This document shows, in pieces, positions 1-13,570 of a stretch of DNA of 64,000 nucleotides. The DNA lies in NCBI RefSeq assembly GCF_009914755.1, contig NC_060929.1; one strand, written 5' to 3'. Below the pieces are notes generated by a model, which was not told the origin of the DNA, made no database searches, and was given only the letters and a program-made list of their open reading frames with translations. Within the stretch, counting starts at the first letter, position 1; each line of letters begins with the position of its first letter. The DNA comes from the human T2T-CHM13v2.0 reference genome, Homo sapiens. The position numbers and the translations under genes are program-made.

Positions 1-389
1 CAAGTAAAAATTACAAAAGTAATAAATTGTCATTTCAACTTAAAAGCTACTGATATTTATGTGGACATTTTATTTTAGCTCAGAGTCTCTATTATATATG
101 CTTTCAGTTCTTTTTAGCTTCTTGCAAATACACCAGTAATTTTCAGAACAAAAATGAAGTATTCCTTTTTTGTGTCCATTGCCACTAGGGTCAAATCCAA
201 ATTCCCAAGATACTAATGGTCTGTCTTCTGTCTACCTCCCTAACTTCACTCTTATTTGATCCTTTGTTCCTATCCCTGTAGCACTAACCTAATATCCCAG
301 ACTCACAGTCTCCCATAGTCCATCATGTTCATTTTTTCCCCAGCTTTATTCTGTGTAGCTCCAAAGAATACATCCATAGTGCTTAAACA

Positions 390-590
390 TACAATATTTC
401 TGGTTGCGCTGTCTTCTCTGCCTGGAATGAAGCCACTGTTGTTTGTCCCTCTGGAAAATTCTTTCTTGTCTTTCAAATCTGAGCTCAAGCCACCAGCGTC
501 TCCTCTCTGAAGCTTTCGTTGACTTCCAGGTGGGCTTAGCTGCTCATTCCTACCTCCTTCTATGACAATGTTTCCTACCATCTCTACTGG
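390..590 (+). mobile_element. L2 LINE fragment (degenerate)
   Basis: ctctgcctggaatg...tctttcaaatctgagctcaa...cctctctgaagcttt resembles the L2 3' region; boundaries approximate. Confidence 0.55.
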
Positions 591-682
591 AGACCAGAGT
601 ATTAAAGGTATTAGTGTCAAGATCAAAGGACCCTGTAGTGCCCCTTGCCTCTGCGCTGATCTCAACATCTGTAGAAAATATC

Positions 683-770
683 TCCAGTTCTTGACATGGC
701 TATTTTAGAGCAACATTGATGAACTGGAACATGTTCAGAGAAGAAAAGGATCTTAAAACCATAATATCAT
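683..770 (+). mobile_element. L3/CR1 LINE fragment
   Basis: cagttcttg...acattgatgaactggaacatgttcagagaag resembles the CR1/L3 RT 3' motif; similar sequence appears to continue at about 1490-1660. Confidence 0.5.
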
Positions 771-1048
771 GTACTTCCATTCCTGCAGTTATAAAGTGGG
801 GTGATTAATATCTGAGGCTATTCTAAGATTAAAATAAAATAACACATATAAATACTTTAAGTTGAAAAGTGAGTTTTGATAAATATATTCCATGCCAGTT
901 TACCAACTTTATTCTTCTTCTGTTTAATGGCCAACCTCTTGAGAGAATAGACTCCCCGGTATGCATTCAGTTCCTCTGATCATAAATAATAATATATTAA
1001 AAATATTATTTTCCCCTCCCTCCCTCCCTTCCTCCCTTCCTTCCTTCC

Positions 1049-1335
1049 TTTTTTCTTGACAAGATTTCTTTCTGGCACCCAAGTTGCAGTTCAGTCATGA
1101 GATCTCAGGTCACTGCAGCTGCAACTTCCTGAGCTCACCCTCCTCCCACCTCAGCCTCCCGAGTATCTGGGACTATAGGCACACACCACCATGCCTAGCT
1201 AATTTTTGTCTTTTTTGTAGACACAGAGTTTTGCCATGTTACCCAGGCTGGTCTCAAACTCCTGGGCTCAAGTGATCTACCTGCTTCGGCCCCCTAAAGT
1301 GCTGGGATTGCAGGCATGAGCCACCATGCCTGCCC
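1049..1335 (-). mobile_element. Alu (AluJ-like)
   Basis: Reverse-complement Alu dimer with J-type ctcctgggctcaag; (TTCC)n-type tract beside the tail. Confidence 0.9.
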
Positions 1336-1945
1336 CCAAAATACTGTTTTCTATTATTGATATTTTTTATTATTTTATTTTTATTTCCATGATTAGGACA
1401 CAAACTTCTTAATGGCAAGAACTTGTAAAATTATTTCCATGTCCTTTAATACTAACACATTAATACAAGGCTTATAAGACACAGACTTTGAAGGGCTATG
1501 AAAAAGAATGGAAGAAATGGAGTTTCTTCCGCCAAGGGGAAACAATATTGTGTTCTTTCAAAGAGCTAAGGCTGTCATATACAAGATGATAACTTCATTC
1601 TGTGTAGCTCAGAAGAAAAATATGGGTAGCTGATTTCATATCAAGATTGGGAAGATACTGAAAATATTAAAAAAGACACGCAAATAGTTTGTTATCCCAA
1701 TATCCAAATAACCTCTGCTAATTTAAATACATAAAAAATAATTATTACAGATGATTAAAACATAAAAATAAGAAAGGTATAAACTAAAAATAAAAGCCTA
1801 ATTTTACCTTTTTAGAAACCATTATTTACAGATTTGCAAAAAGGTATTATACATATAATTATACATATATTATAAGGTACATCCTTAAAACATTTTACAC
1901 TATTTTACACTGAAGGTATTCTCCTTATTCCCTGATCTGAGCCTT

Positions 1946-2036
1946 GACACAGACACACACACACACACACATACACATATACACACACAAATATATAATT
2001 TACATTTATATACACACATAGACAGAGACACACATG
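1946..2036. repeat. (CA)n/(TA)n compound microsatellite
   Basis: Visible dinucleotide runs. Confidence 0.85.
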
Positions 2037-2043
2037 TAGATAT

Positions 2044-2412
2044 TGATATGGTTTGGCCTTGCGTTCCCACCCAAATCTCATCTTGAATTGTAATCCCATA
2101 ATCCCCACGTGTAATGGGAGGAACCCGGTAGGAGGTAATTGAATCCTGGAGGTGGTTTCCCTCATGCAGTTCTAGTGATAGTGAGTGATTCTCATAAGAT
2201 CTGATGGTTTTATAAACACCTGGCATTTCCCCTGCTGGCACTTGTCTCTCTTGACACCCTGTGAAGAGGTGCCTTCCACCAGGATTGTAAGTTTCCTGAC
2301 GCTTCCCCAGCCATGTGGAACTGTGAGTCAATTAAACCTCTTTTCTTTATAAATTACCCAGTCTTGGGTATTTCTTCATAGCCCTTCAAAAGGGTGAGAA
2401 TGGACTAATACA
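2044..2412 (+). mobile_element. THE1 (THE1C/D-like) MaLR solo LTR
   Basis: Starts tgatatggtttgg, ends ggactaataca; attaaa poly(A) signal; typical THE1 internal motifs. Confidence 0.92.
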
Positions 2413-2420
2413 TATACGTA

Positions 2421-2540
2421 TTGATATATATATATCTGAATATATGTATATAGATATATATAACTGAGTATATATATTGATATATATAACTGAATATATA
2501 TATTGATATATATAACTGAGTATATGTATATATATATTCA
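2421..2540. repeat. 26-bp AT-rich minisatellite, about 4 copies
   Basis: Unit ttgatatatataactga(g/a)tatatata starting near 2421, 2451, 2477 and 2503. Confidence 0.85.
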
Positions 2541-2867
2541 GTTCTAGTTCCTTACTGGTGAGCATTAAATTACTGAGTTTATTCATTAATATAAACAGTT
2601 TTGTCATGAGCAGTCTTATATATGATACTTTGTAGTCTTGGAGACCTTTTTTAAAGATTTAATGTTAAAAGAAAACCAAAGAAATCGACTTCCATGTGGA
2701 TTAACAATTTTTTCATTTATGTAACTTTTCAGACATTTTTCTTGAAGATATTTCAGCATTGATGTCAGGCTAGACTGAATGATCTCTATGTTCTCTTCTT
2801 TATTCTAATATAATAATTATCACATGAATCAATGTTTCTAAGATTTAGCTATATTATTGCCATAATA

Positions 2868-3001
2868 TGAAGAGCTTTTAGAAAGCAATATTGCCCAGGT
2901 CCCAGACTGATGAATTAAATCAGCATCTCCAGAGGTGTGGATCAGTCTTCTTTAGAAGTTCCTGGGTTATTCTAATGCACATTCAGTGTTGAGAATTACT
3001 G
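2868..3001. mobile_element. MER5-family hAT DNA transposon fragment
   Basis: aattaaatcagcatctccagaggtg...ttattctaatgcacattcagtgttgagaattactg matches the MER5 terminus. Confidence 0.65.
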
Positions 3002-4752
3002 ACAGAAAGGCCAAGTTATTAACATTATTTATCAAAATATTTTTCTAATGGCAGCAGCAAAGGTATAAGAGCTTTGAGGAATTGATTTTATTCTCTTCTA
3101 GCAAGATATGAGTGAGGTGGGTGTGACAGTAATTTCAAGTGCAGAAATAAACTAGAAAGAACTTTAGGCAATGCCAGCACAGGGCTTTGGTAAATGCTGG
3201 TCAGTTTTTCAGAGCATAACCTCCTTTCCTTTTTCCTCTCTGAGCATGCCTTACACAGAGGAGAAAAGGGCCCATATGTGCCTTTTCTCATTGTTATTCA
3301 TTGGTTCAAGGAAGCTGAGATGGGCATCTCAGTTTATTCAATCATTGGTTCTCTACAAGAAGGTTAGGAATCATCTCTGTGTATCAGAACTGATATGTCA
3401 CAATGTCCATCAGAAGAGATTAGTAGGTTTCTGTCAGGGTATATGCTGCAGGGTAGAATGAAACCTGAAGCTGGGTTAAATAATTGGGTTCTTGTTCAAT
3501 AAAAGTGCTTGTTTGTGCTGTGTAATGAAAGATCTTTGGTGCATTGGATGTCTGAATCCAAATACCCTTCGGATTTTCTGATGGATAAAGAGATAATGGT
3601 GAAAGGGATTTAATTTAGAACTATTGAAAAACTTTAAAAAGATTAGAAAAATTGGTAAATGCACTTTCTTTTTTAAAATCCAGATTCTTTGTTACTTATC
3701 AGGAACTCTTATATTTTTTAAGTTGACAATAAAACTGTTTTGTTGGTTTTGTTTTTGTTGCTTTTTTTTCTTTTTTGATCTGTTTGCCATCATTAACTGA
3801 CCTTTGAGATTCAGGTTATGAAGAAGATAATGGAGAAGGTGTTATCTCCTAGCCCATGTACCTTAACCTGAATTTAGGCAGTGTTATTGCCTTTGGGTCT
3901 CATTGGATTGTCACATCTAAGCTGTGGGCAGAGCATTGGTGAATGGAACAAACTGCATGTCTTGCTTCAAGTGATGCTTTTTTCCCCATTAAGTCAATAC
4001 TCCAGTACATCTAAGCTTCCGTTAAAAAAAATCAACATTTAAACCAGCTTTTTTCTTTAAGAGCACACCAAAAACATTTCTAATCCAGAAAATTGATGTG
4101 ACAATCAGAATGCTATGCATGTGCAGTGGTGGGTGGAATTTGATGAAATACATTAATATCAGCAGTAAAATCATTCATGTGCAGCGTTGTCTCAGCTAAT
4201 TTTAAGCAAAGATTATTTGAATCTATTTACTTTATTCAGGATAAAATTATATTAGAAAATGAAAAGTAAAGACTTTTCTTTTCCTTCTCCTCATATTATT
4301 AACACCTGATTAAATAAAAGGCTTTATTTGGAAAAAAAAAGTCATGGATTTCACAACTCCAAGGAAACAGTGAAGGGAACCCACAACATGTACGGGGTAT
4401 GAAAAACAAGCCATTGACTGAGCAGCATCTGTATTTAAGCTCCTTACACCATGTAGCACTTTCAATGGGTTTTAATCCCTGGTGCAAATCATATACTTCT
4501 TTGCCCACTGAGCCTCATTTCATATCTGGCACACCATACTCTATAACCCTTCCTTTACTGAGTAATCTACTTTTCCACACTTCATCTACCTCTGCTTTTC
4601 TGGGTTTCTCTCTCCTTCCCTCCCTTTTCTCCTGTGATGTTAGAAAACATACTAAGATCAATTTGGGAGTCAGGAGTCAGAGTTCTAAGAGATAGTTGTC
4701 TAGCAAGCCACGTGAAACAGCAGAGCTAGGAAGTAAGCACATGGGGTTGAAG

Positions 4753-5818
<1,066 letters not shown>

Positions 5819-6186
5819 ATTCTCCTTAGCTAGACCCAATATTTGAGTATTTAATTTTCTTTCTTGACCTTTACATGCTTCAATCTCTAGTCTCTAATTA
5901 AATTATATACATTAATAGAGTATTCAAGGCCTCACCCATGACGTTCAGTCAACATGGATTGCTTTTGTGATTAACAGATTTGCTACAGTTCTACTCATTT
6001 ATCAAGACTTAGTTTAAATGACATTTCATCCATATTTTTTTTTCTCATTTATACTCTTCCCATTGTTCCCTACTCATTACCAACTACCAACATAGAGACA
6101 CCATCATAATTAATTGCTAGTTTTTTCTGTGTTTGTTCCTGTGTCACTGAAAATGCACAGCACCTTATAACATATTTATTCAAATG

Positions 6187-6908
6187 TGTAACCACCCAAT
6201 GGGTTCACCTTGCCCACTGCCTAGACAGAGCCAATTTATCAAGACAGGGAGATTGCAATAGAGAGAGAGTAATTCACACAGAGCTGGCTGTGCGGGAGAC
6301 TGGAGTTTTATCATTACGCAAATCAGTCTCCAGAGCATTTGGGGATCAGAGTTTTTAAGGATAATTTAGTGGGTAGGAACTTGGTTGGAGATGGAATCCT
6401 AGTAGTGTCAAAGTGAGTTTTTCTTGCTGTTTTCTGTTCCTGGGTGGGATCACAGAACTTGTTGAGCCAGATTAGCCATCTGGTGGTGTCAGCTGGTGCA
6501 CTGGAATGCAGCGTCTGCAAAATATCTCAAGCAGTGATCTTAGATATGACAACAGTGATGTTACTCCCAAGAGTAATTTGGAGAGACTCAGACTCTTGCA
6601 GCCAGTGGCTGCATGGCCCCTAAACTGTAATTTCTAATCTTGTAGCTAAATTGTTAGTCCTACAAAGGCACATTGGCCCCCATTCAAGAAGAGTTCTATT
6701 TTTTTTTTTTTTTCTTTCGGGAAAGGGCTATGATCAGTTTTGTTTCAGAGTCAAACCATAAACTAAATTCCTTCCCAAGGTTAGTTTGGCCTACACCCAG
6801 GAATGAATAAGGACAGCTTAAAGTTTAGAAGCAAGATGGAGTTGGTTAGGTCTGATCTCTTTCACTGTCATAATTTTCTCAATTCTAATTTTTGAAAATG
6901 CGGTTTCA
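6187..6908 (-). mobile_element. ERV1 solo LTR, LTR8-like
   Basis: TG...CA ends; minus strand starts tgaaaccgc and ends gaacccattgggtggttaca; flanks aatg/gatg are TSD-like. Confidence 0.85.
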
Positions 6909-8064
6909 GATGCGTATCTGTCATGAACCATGTTATAGGAACAGTCTCTTTTAGCTCCTGATGTGCTCACTACTCTAAATAACTGTAGATTTATTAAACC
7001 CTTTAAATACTTATTGTAGAGAATACAGATAAATAAAGTGTTTTTCTTACATTTATTTTTTAAAGGGCCTTGTTAGATTATTGGAAAAAAACATTTTATT
7101 AAGAATGTATTCAATGCCTTCTATAGATGAACTTACATTCTGTCATGAAAAAAAACAACATCTATTTTCAAAGGCAGAACATTTTCAGTTTTTTGTTAAT
7201 AATGAGAAATACTTTAACTTCCTATTTTTTAGTCAGAAGTGGAACAGTATTATTTATCATGCATTGATTTGTTGTCTCTGAACTTACAAATGTGGTTTGG
7301 CTACTTACAGTCAGTGTAAGATGTTATATATCTTCAGCGTTGCTGATGAGGCCGATTAGAATAACACTGTTGGGAACTCTTAGGTGGCAAAAGGGACATT
7401 TCATAGAGGTAATCATGGACATAAAAGAAGGATGATATGGAAAGATATAACATGGCTTTAAATGTACACTTTCTTCCAGCCCAGCTGAGGTCATACCATT
7501 CTGTACAGAAATCTATATAGAATCAAGTTCCAAAATTCTTACTCTGTGATGACGATTATACTTTGAAATGGTTTCTATTTATAACAGGAATCAACATCTG
7601 ATCTAATGAATCCTAAATATGCTAGAACGATTTAAACATTTGGAAGCTGAAAAACTGAGGAGTATGAAAGACATGTAATCACTCTTTTCAGCTTTAGTTT
7701 GTATATAATGTAGTTAATGCTTATTATGAGTTTATTATAAATAATAATTTTCTTGTGTTATAAGTAAAGGAATACACAACTGATTATTTCTTTAGAATAT
7801 AAAGTTAAAATAATTAACAAAATTGTCTTAGTACATTTATTCTGTATACAATTCAGAACAGCACAGAATCCACTGGTATGGAATGAAGATGTTTTATGAT
7901 CCATATCATATTGCTGCAAAATAATTATTTAATGCTATCTAATCTTCAATCAAAATCACATTTGTTATTAATTTTTATTTATTGAAATATCTTTAATAGA
8001 TTTTATATTATTATAAAATCATTAATAAAATAATTAATATTAATATTACTGATAAGTAATTGTC

Positions 8065-8150
8065 GAGGTAATGCAATTAAAACACTTAGCAAGCTGTGTT
8101 ACACAAAGTAAGCTCTCAATAAATGTTTCTCATTGCTATTACCATTATTT
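8065..8150 (+). mobile_element. MIR 3' fragment
   Basis: aaacacttagca...gtaagctctcaataaatg...tatta, the MIR tail motif. Confidence 0.55.
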
Positions 8151-8425
8151 ATTTTAATGGCTGAATGCTATAGCATATAATTTATTTAACAGATCCCCTG
8201 TTAAAGGAAATTGCTCCTAAAATTCAAATTAATTTTTAATTAAGTTTTCCCAATTAAATTTCTGGATTTAATTGGGCTTATTGATTCAGGTTTTTTGGTG
8301 AATGAATATCATGTTCTATATTTTTCACATGATTTCTAGAAATCAGTACATACTATATACAAAAACTATTCTGAAACCAATTCTATTTTTGATGATTCAG
8401 TAATCACTCTAGTGTCTCATTTAGA

Positions 8426-8737
<312 letters not shown>

Positions 8738-8988
8738 TAATTTTGACCTCTAGTTTCCATTGTGCTATTGATGTATGCAATCATTAATAATGTATTCTTA
8801 CTGCCATAAACAATAATATAAAATGAATGTAAATAAGGAATAATTTGAAAATAATTTTTCTTAGCTGATGAAAATAGCTTTTTACAGGTGTTCCCTCAGA
8901 AATCCCAATTTTCTTAACTAGCAGATTCTATTGTTAATGTTTATATAGGTGTCACTGATACTTCCTTCACTTATTATATTTATCTCTC

Positions 8989-9197
8989 CCTCTGCTTCCA
9001 AGATGGTGCCTTGTTGCTGCCTTCTCGCATGGTGGAAGGCAGACACACAAAAAGGCATGATGATGTTCCCTTCAAACTCTTTTACATTTATTAGGGAGAA
9101 ACCTAATGACCTCATCACTTCCCCAAAGACCCCCCCGCCCCCGCTTTAGTACTATACCATTGGGTATTAGGTTCCAACATATTAATTTTAGAAGGAT
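8989..9197 (-). mobile_element. MaLR LTR fragment (MLT1A/MST-like)
   Basis: ctgcttccaagatggtgccttgttgctg...ctaatgacctcatcacttcccaaag...attaggttccaacat. Confidence 0.7.
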
Positions 9198-10849
9198 GTT
9201 CTAAAATTCATTCAAATTTATTTTACTTCATTTAGTATATATTGACAAATCATCCTTAATAACTTAAAGACATATACCATTTGCTATGATAGGTGATCTA
9301 TAAAATACTTATTTTAATTCATCTATTTATCTAATTATAAATATTTGCATCAAAATATGAGTTATTTTGAGAATTTGAGAATTTGAGAATTCAAATATCA
9401 TGACAGAGTAAGTATATTTGATGGGATCATAGTTCTTACACTTAAGGAATAGGAAAAAATAAAATTAATGTTAATATACATAACAGTTCTTTCTCTTCTT
9501 TCTTGGAGATTTCTGTGAGTCAATAAACTTCTATTGTTGCTAATCAATTAAATTGCAATGAAAATATATTCATTTATTTTTCCAAGTGAGGAAGTTTTTC
9601 TTTATGGCAATCAATGCAATATTTTCTAGCTTTTGAAAGGTTTTTAGTCTTTTAAACTTTCCATGAACAATGTTATTGGTAGTTTATTGTCTTAATTTTA
9701 CAGTTGTCATTTGTGTATAAGCAATTTTATGTACTGATACTGCCAATCTTCTCAGACTAGTTTATGTTATATTCATTCTTCATACATAGTTTTTTCTCTC
9801 CAGATACATTGTCGCTTTTATGAGCCTGGACATCAAACTTTTAATTATTTCATAATTTGATGTATAACTAATACGGAATTGTGCATTCAAACAGTATGGA
9901 AAAAGTACCTACTAAATGAATAAAAATGTAATAAAATGTGATCCATAAAACAAATAATTTTTTAAAAAACCTTATGTTCATCTTGAATCATCTACTCAAT
10001 TCCACTTATGTGACAGAGAACATTTTCCTGATATAACATAATATAATATAAAGGATACTTTCTATTTGTGTAATATAGATGCTAAAAGCAAATAGCAGGG
10101 CTTTGGGCAATAAAAAACTGCAATTTTTAAACAATACAAATCATATATGAGAATCTTCATGGCATTTGGAAAATGAGAGATGAATTATTGGATAAACCAA
10201 GAAAAGTTCAATTTCTTTTTAACATGCTCTTCTTCAGTGAATTGTGATTCTTATCACATAGACTCTAGTATCACAGAAGATGATATTATAGAAAAATAGC
10301 AGTATTTGCCTCTCTATTACTACTCTCCCCAAGCTAAGTTATCCTCTTTCCCTCAACGATCATTGTCATTGTGACACTACTTGTGAAGAATCAAGGTATT
10401 TTAGGTCAGTATTCTATAATAAGTCACTTGTAGTTCTATTCTGAAAAATTGACTTGCTATGACCTGTGTCCTGTGAATTTTTGGTAACTAGATCCCAATT
10501 TTAAGCCACTTTTGCTTAGAACTCATTAGTTTCTAGGCTTCCCAACTTCAGAGTCTTAAATCCTGCCTCTATCCATTAGTCTTGGTAAGACCCTGTTCTC
10601 TGATATTCCTGATGCTTTCCTACCTGCGCTTATTTGCTTTCTTGTCCCCTGGAATATTCTAATGATGCTTCCTTCAAAGTAGCCCTTCTCCATGTTCTGT
10701 ATGTCTATTGAGTTACCCTTTCCCTCTGTATTAGATTTCCTTTATGGAGTTTATGCCAACAGCCTAATAGAGCTTACCAGATCTTTTACCACGCCCTCTC
10801 AATCTTATTCACTGAGATTTATGCATAAAATAAAAATCTCATGTCATCC

Positions 10850-12720
10850 TACAAAATACTGACTAAAACAATCAAAGGTATACAAAGAAGAGTATCTATG
10901 CTAGCTGTGGAATTTTGTGAAGGACGCATGGCAGTCACTAAATATGTTTGCAACAGATAATGCAGACAAGGACAGACAAGCAAAATGGAGGCAGAAAAAG
11001 TGTGGTGAATCGGCTTTCAGTAGAGGTTTGACACATCCCTATTCACTAACTTGGTATAAGATCTAGCAGCCAAAAAAAAAAAAAAACACCAAAGAAACAA
11101 AACAACAACAACAAAAACCCAGAAAAATGTGTGTCTCTCCCTTAGAAGTCGTTTAAGCACTTTAGATCAATGAGTTGGATGAATCCCCTAAGAGCACTCA
11201 TGGCCACTGGAAACAGTGAACTGGTTGGAAACATCATCTTGATGTAGTACAGCTTGCCTGTGATCCACTGGACAGTGTCACCAGAATGAGGATCCCACAC
11301 AGTCAAACCACTTACCTGGACTTGATGTCAGGTCAAACAGAAAACTAGAAAGAATAAACTAGCAGTTTTGTCAAATCCAGAGATAACACTTCACACTTTG
11401 GGTCTGCCTATAAACCAGTATCCTGCTTAGTCTTACCAGCTTCTAGATTCTAAGACTAGTAATGGAAATGGAAATGGAAAGATTGGTAATGGAAATGCAA
11501 TTAAACAGCTCTGTAAAGAAACTCATTGTTGGAGAATTACCTATGCACAGTGAAGCATCTTTCCTATTTTGGCAGGAAAACCATGACTCTTGCTTGTTAT
11601 TAAGAAACATTTTTTAAAAGAAAAAATAATGAAAACAGTAAGTCTATACATTCTTTTGGCAAAAAATGAAGAATATAAGATTCAAGAGACAAAATTTTTA
11701 AATAAATATTAACTAATGACACAAAGCAAAAGAAAGAGCTGACAAAAAATACCTGGCTTATGAGTTGGACATTTCAAAAACAAATGTTAGGAAATGAATG
11801 TTTCACCCAAATATTACAAAATTGGGGGAAAAGGGGCAGACTATATTCTAGAAAGTTTAATCAGAAAATTTATAGAGGATGAGTTTGAGAACCTTTCTCA
11901 AATTACAGAGAGAAAAAATGATAAAAATAGTGAGGAAGAGGTTGGTAAAAGGAAAAAAAATTTAATTTATAAAAAATATATTCCTGGACAAGAGACTTGA
12001 ATAAATTGAAGAAAGAAGATATAAAAGATGAACTGTAAAATGCTGAGACCAGTTCTATCATGGAGACCCTTACCCAGCAGCGCTAGAGAAATTAAAGATG
12101 TACACACAGAAATATAGAGTGTGGAGTGGGAATCAGGGAGCTGAGAGCCTTCAGAGCTGAGAGCCACAAACAGAGTTTTACCCACGTATTTATTGACAGC
12201 AAGCCAGTGATAAGTATTGTTTCTATATAGATTAACTAAAACAGGAAACAAAGGGATGGGCTCTGGCTAGTTATCTGCAGCAGGAACATGTCCTTAAGGC
12301 ACAGATTCCTCGTGCTATTGTTTGTGGTTCAGGAACGCCTTAAGTGTCGTTCTGCCCTGGGTGTGCCAGGTGTTCCTTGCCCTCATTCTGGTAAACCAAC
12401 AACCTTCAGCATGGGCATCATGGCCATCACAAGCATGTCACAGTCCTGCAGAGATTTTGTTTATGGCCAGATTTGGGGGCCTGTTCCCAACAGTAAAAAA
12501 ATCCCTCATTAGATTGAATGTCTGAACTTTAGGAGTAATACAGGTAACTGATAGGTGAATAAAGATAAGAAGTCTGAAATGAGAAATTGTTTTATAGAAG
12601 TTTTGTTTATGTACATTCCAACAATTTAATCATAGAATTAACTATAAATAATTTTTGAGCTGCAATTACTGCACATAGAATTAAATGTAAGTTCTTTAAG
12701 TATAATTAACAGGCTAAAAT
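10850..12720 (+). mobile_element. Old L1M 5'/ORF1-region fragment, interrupted by the MER9-like LTR
   Basis: A-rich, degenerate L1 ORF1-like sequence on both sides of the LTR; boundaries approximate. Confidence 0.45.
12041..12492 (-). mobile_element. MER9-like (HERV-K HML-3) solo LTR
   Basis: Minus strand starts tgttgggaacaggccccc; perfect 6-bp TSD gtaaaa at 12035-12040 and 12493-12498, as expected for ERVK. Confidence 0.88.
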
Positions 12721-12934
12721 AAAAAGCCAGAAATTATTCCTAATAGAGAAGATGAGTGATCTTTTAAATAGTCACCAGCACATTTCACATTGCTCATTAT
12801 ATGTGCACATTGTCCTTCAAAAGCAGGAAAATCTAATATAGAAGGTAAAATACAGATGTAAGAGGATGTGAAAACTCAGATTAGTGGCTGAGTGATAGAG
12901 ACAGAACACAGTGCAGGAATTCAGAGAAGTTGTG

Positions 12935-13300
12935 TGTATTAGTCTGTTTTCATACTGCTATAAAGAAATACCCAAGAATGGGTAAATTATGAAGGGGAGA
13001 GGTTTAGTTGACTCACAGTACCCCATGGCTGGAGAGGCCTCAGAAAATTTACAATCATGGCGGAAGGCAAAGGGGAAGCAAGGACCTTCTTTACATGTTA
13101 GCAGCAGAGGGGAAAGAGTGAAGGAGGTGAGCCCCTTGGAAAACCATCAGATCTCATGAGAACTCACTCACCATCACTAGAACAGCCTGGGGGAAAGCGC
13201 CCCCATGATCCAATCACCTCCCACCAGGTGCCTCCCTCAACACCTGGCAATTACAATTTCAGATGAGATTTGGGTGGGGACACAAAGTCAAACCATATCA
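12935..13300 (-). mobile_element. MSTA-like MaLR solo LTR
   Basis: tgtattagtc...aaaccatatca termini; flanks ttgtg/gtgtg. Confidence 0.9.
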
Positions 13301-13359
13301 GTGTGTAATCCAAAGTGGTCGTAGAAACCATCAGGACAGACGGGATTTAAGAGTAAGTT

Positions 13360-13570
13360 TCTGAGTAATTTGGGTTTAAATTCTACCTCTGTCCTACACT
13401 AACTTGAGACCATAGACAAGTTATCTGATTTCCCTGGGCCTCATTTCCTTGTCTGTGAAAAGGGAAACAAAACATATTGTGTCATGGGCCAATTACAATG
13501 ACTGACTGAGATATTCTGTGAAGAGCATCTGAAACATATCTGGCACATGATAAACCCTTAATAAAATCCT
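13360..13570 (+). mobile_element. MIR
   Basis: Core caagttatctgatttccctgggcctcatttccttgtctgtgaaa and tail ctggcacatg...taataaa. Confidence 0.8.

Noticed and set aside
303-668. 121-aa minus-strand ORF
   Set aside because: Overlaps an L2 relic; no homology recognised.
11311-11360. Minus-strand 29-nt micro-exon candidate with a perfect CAG|GTAAGT donor
   Set aside because: Lies in degenerate L1 sequence where antisense pyrimidine tracts are common; no partner exon or recognisable peptide.
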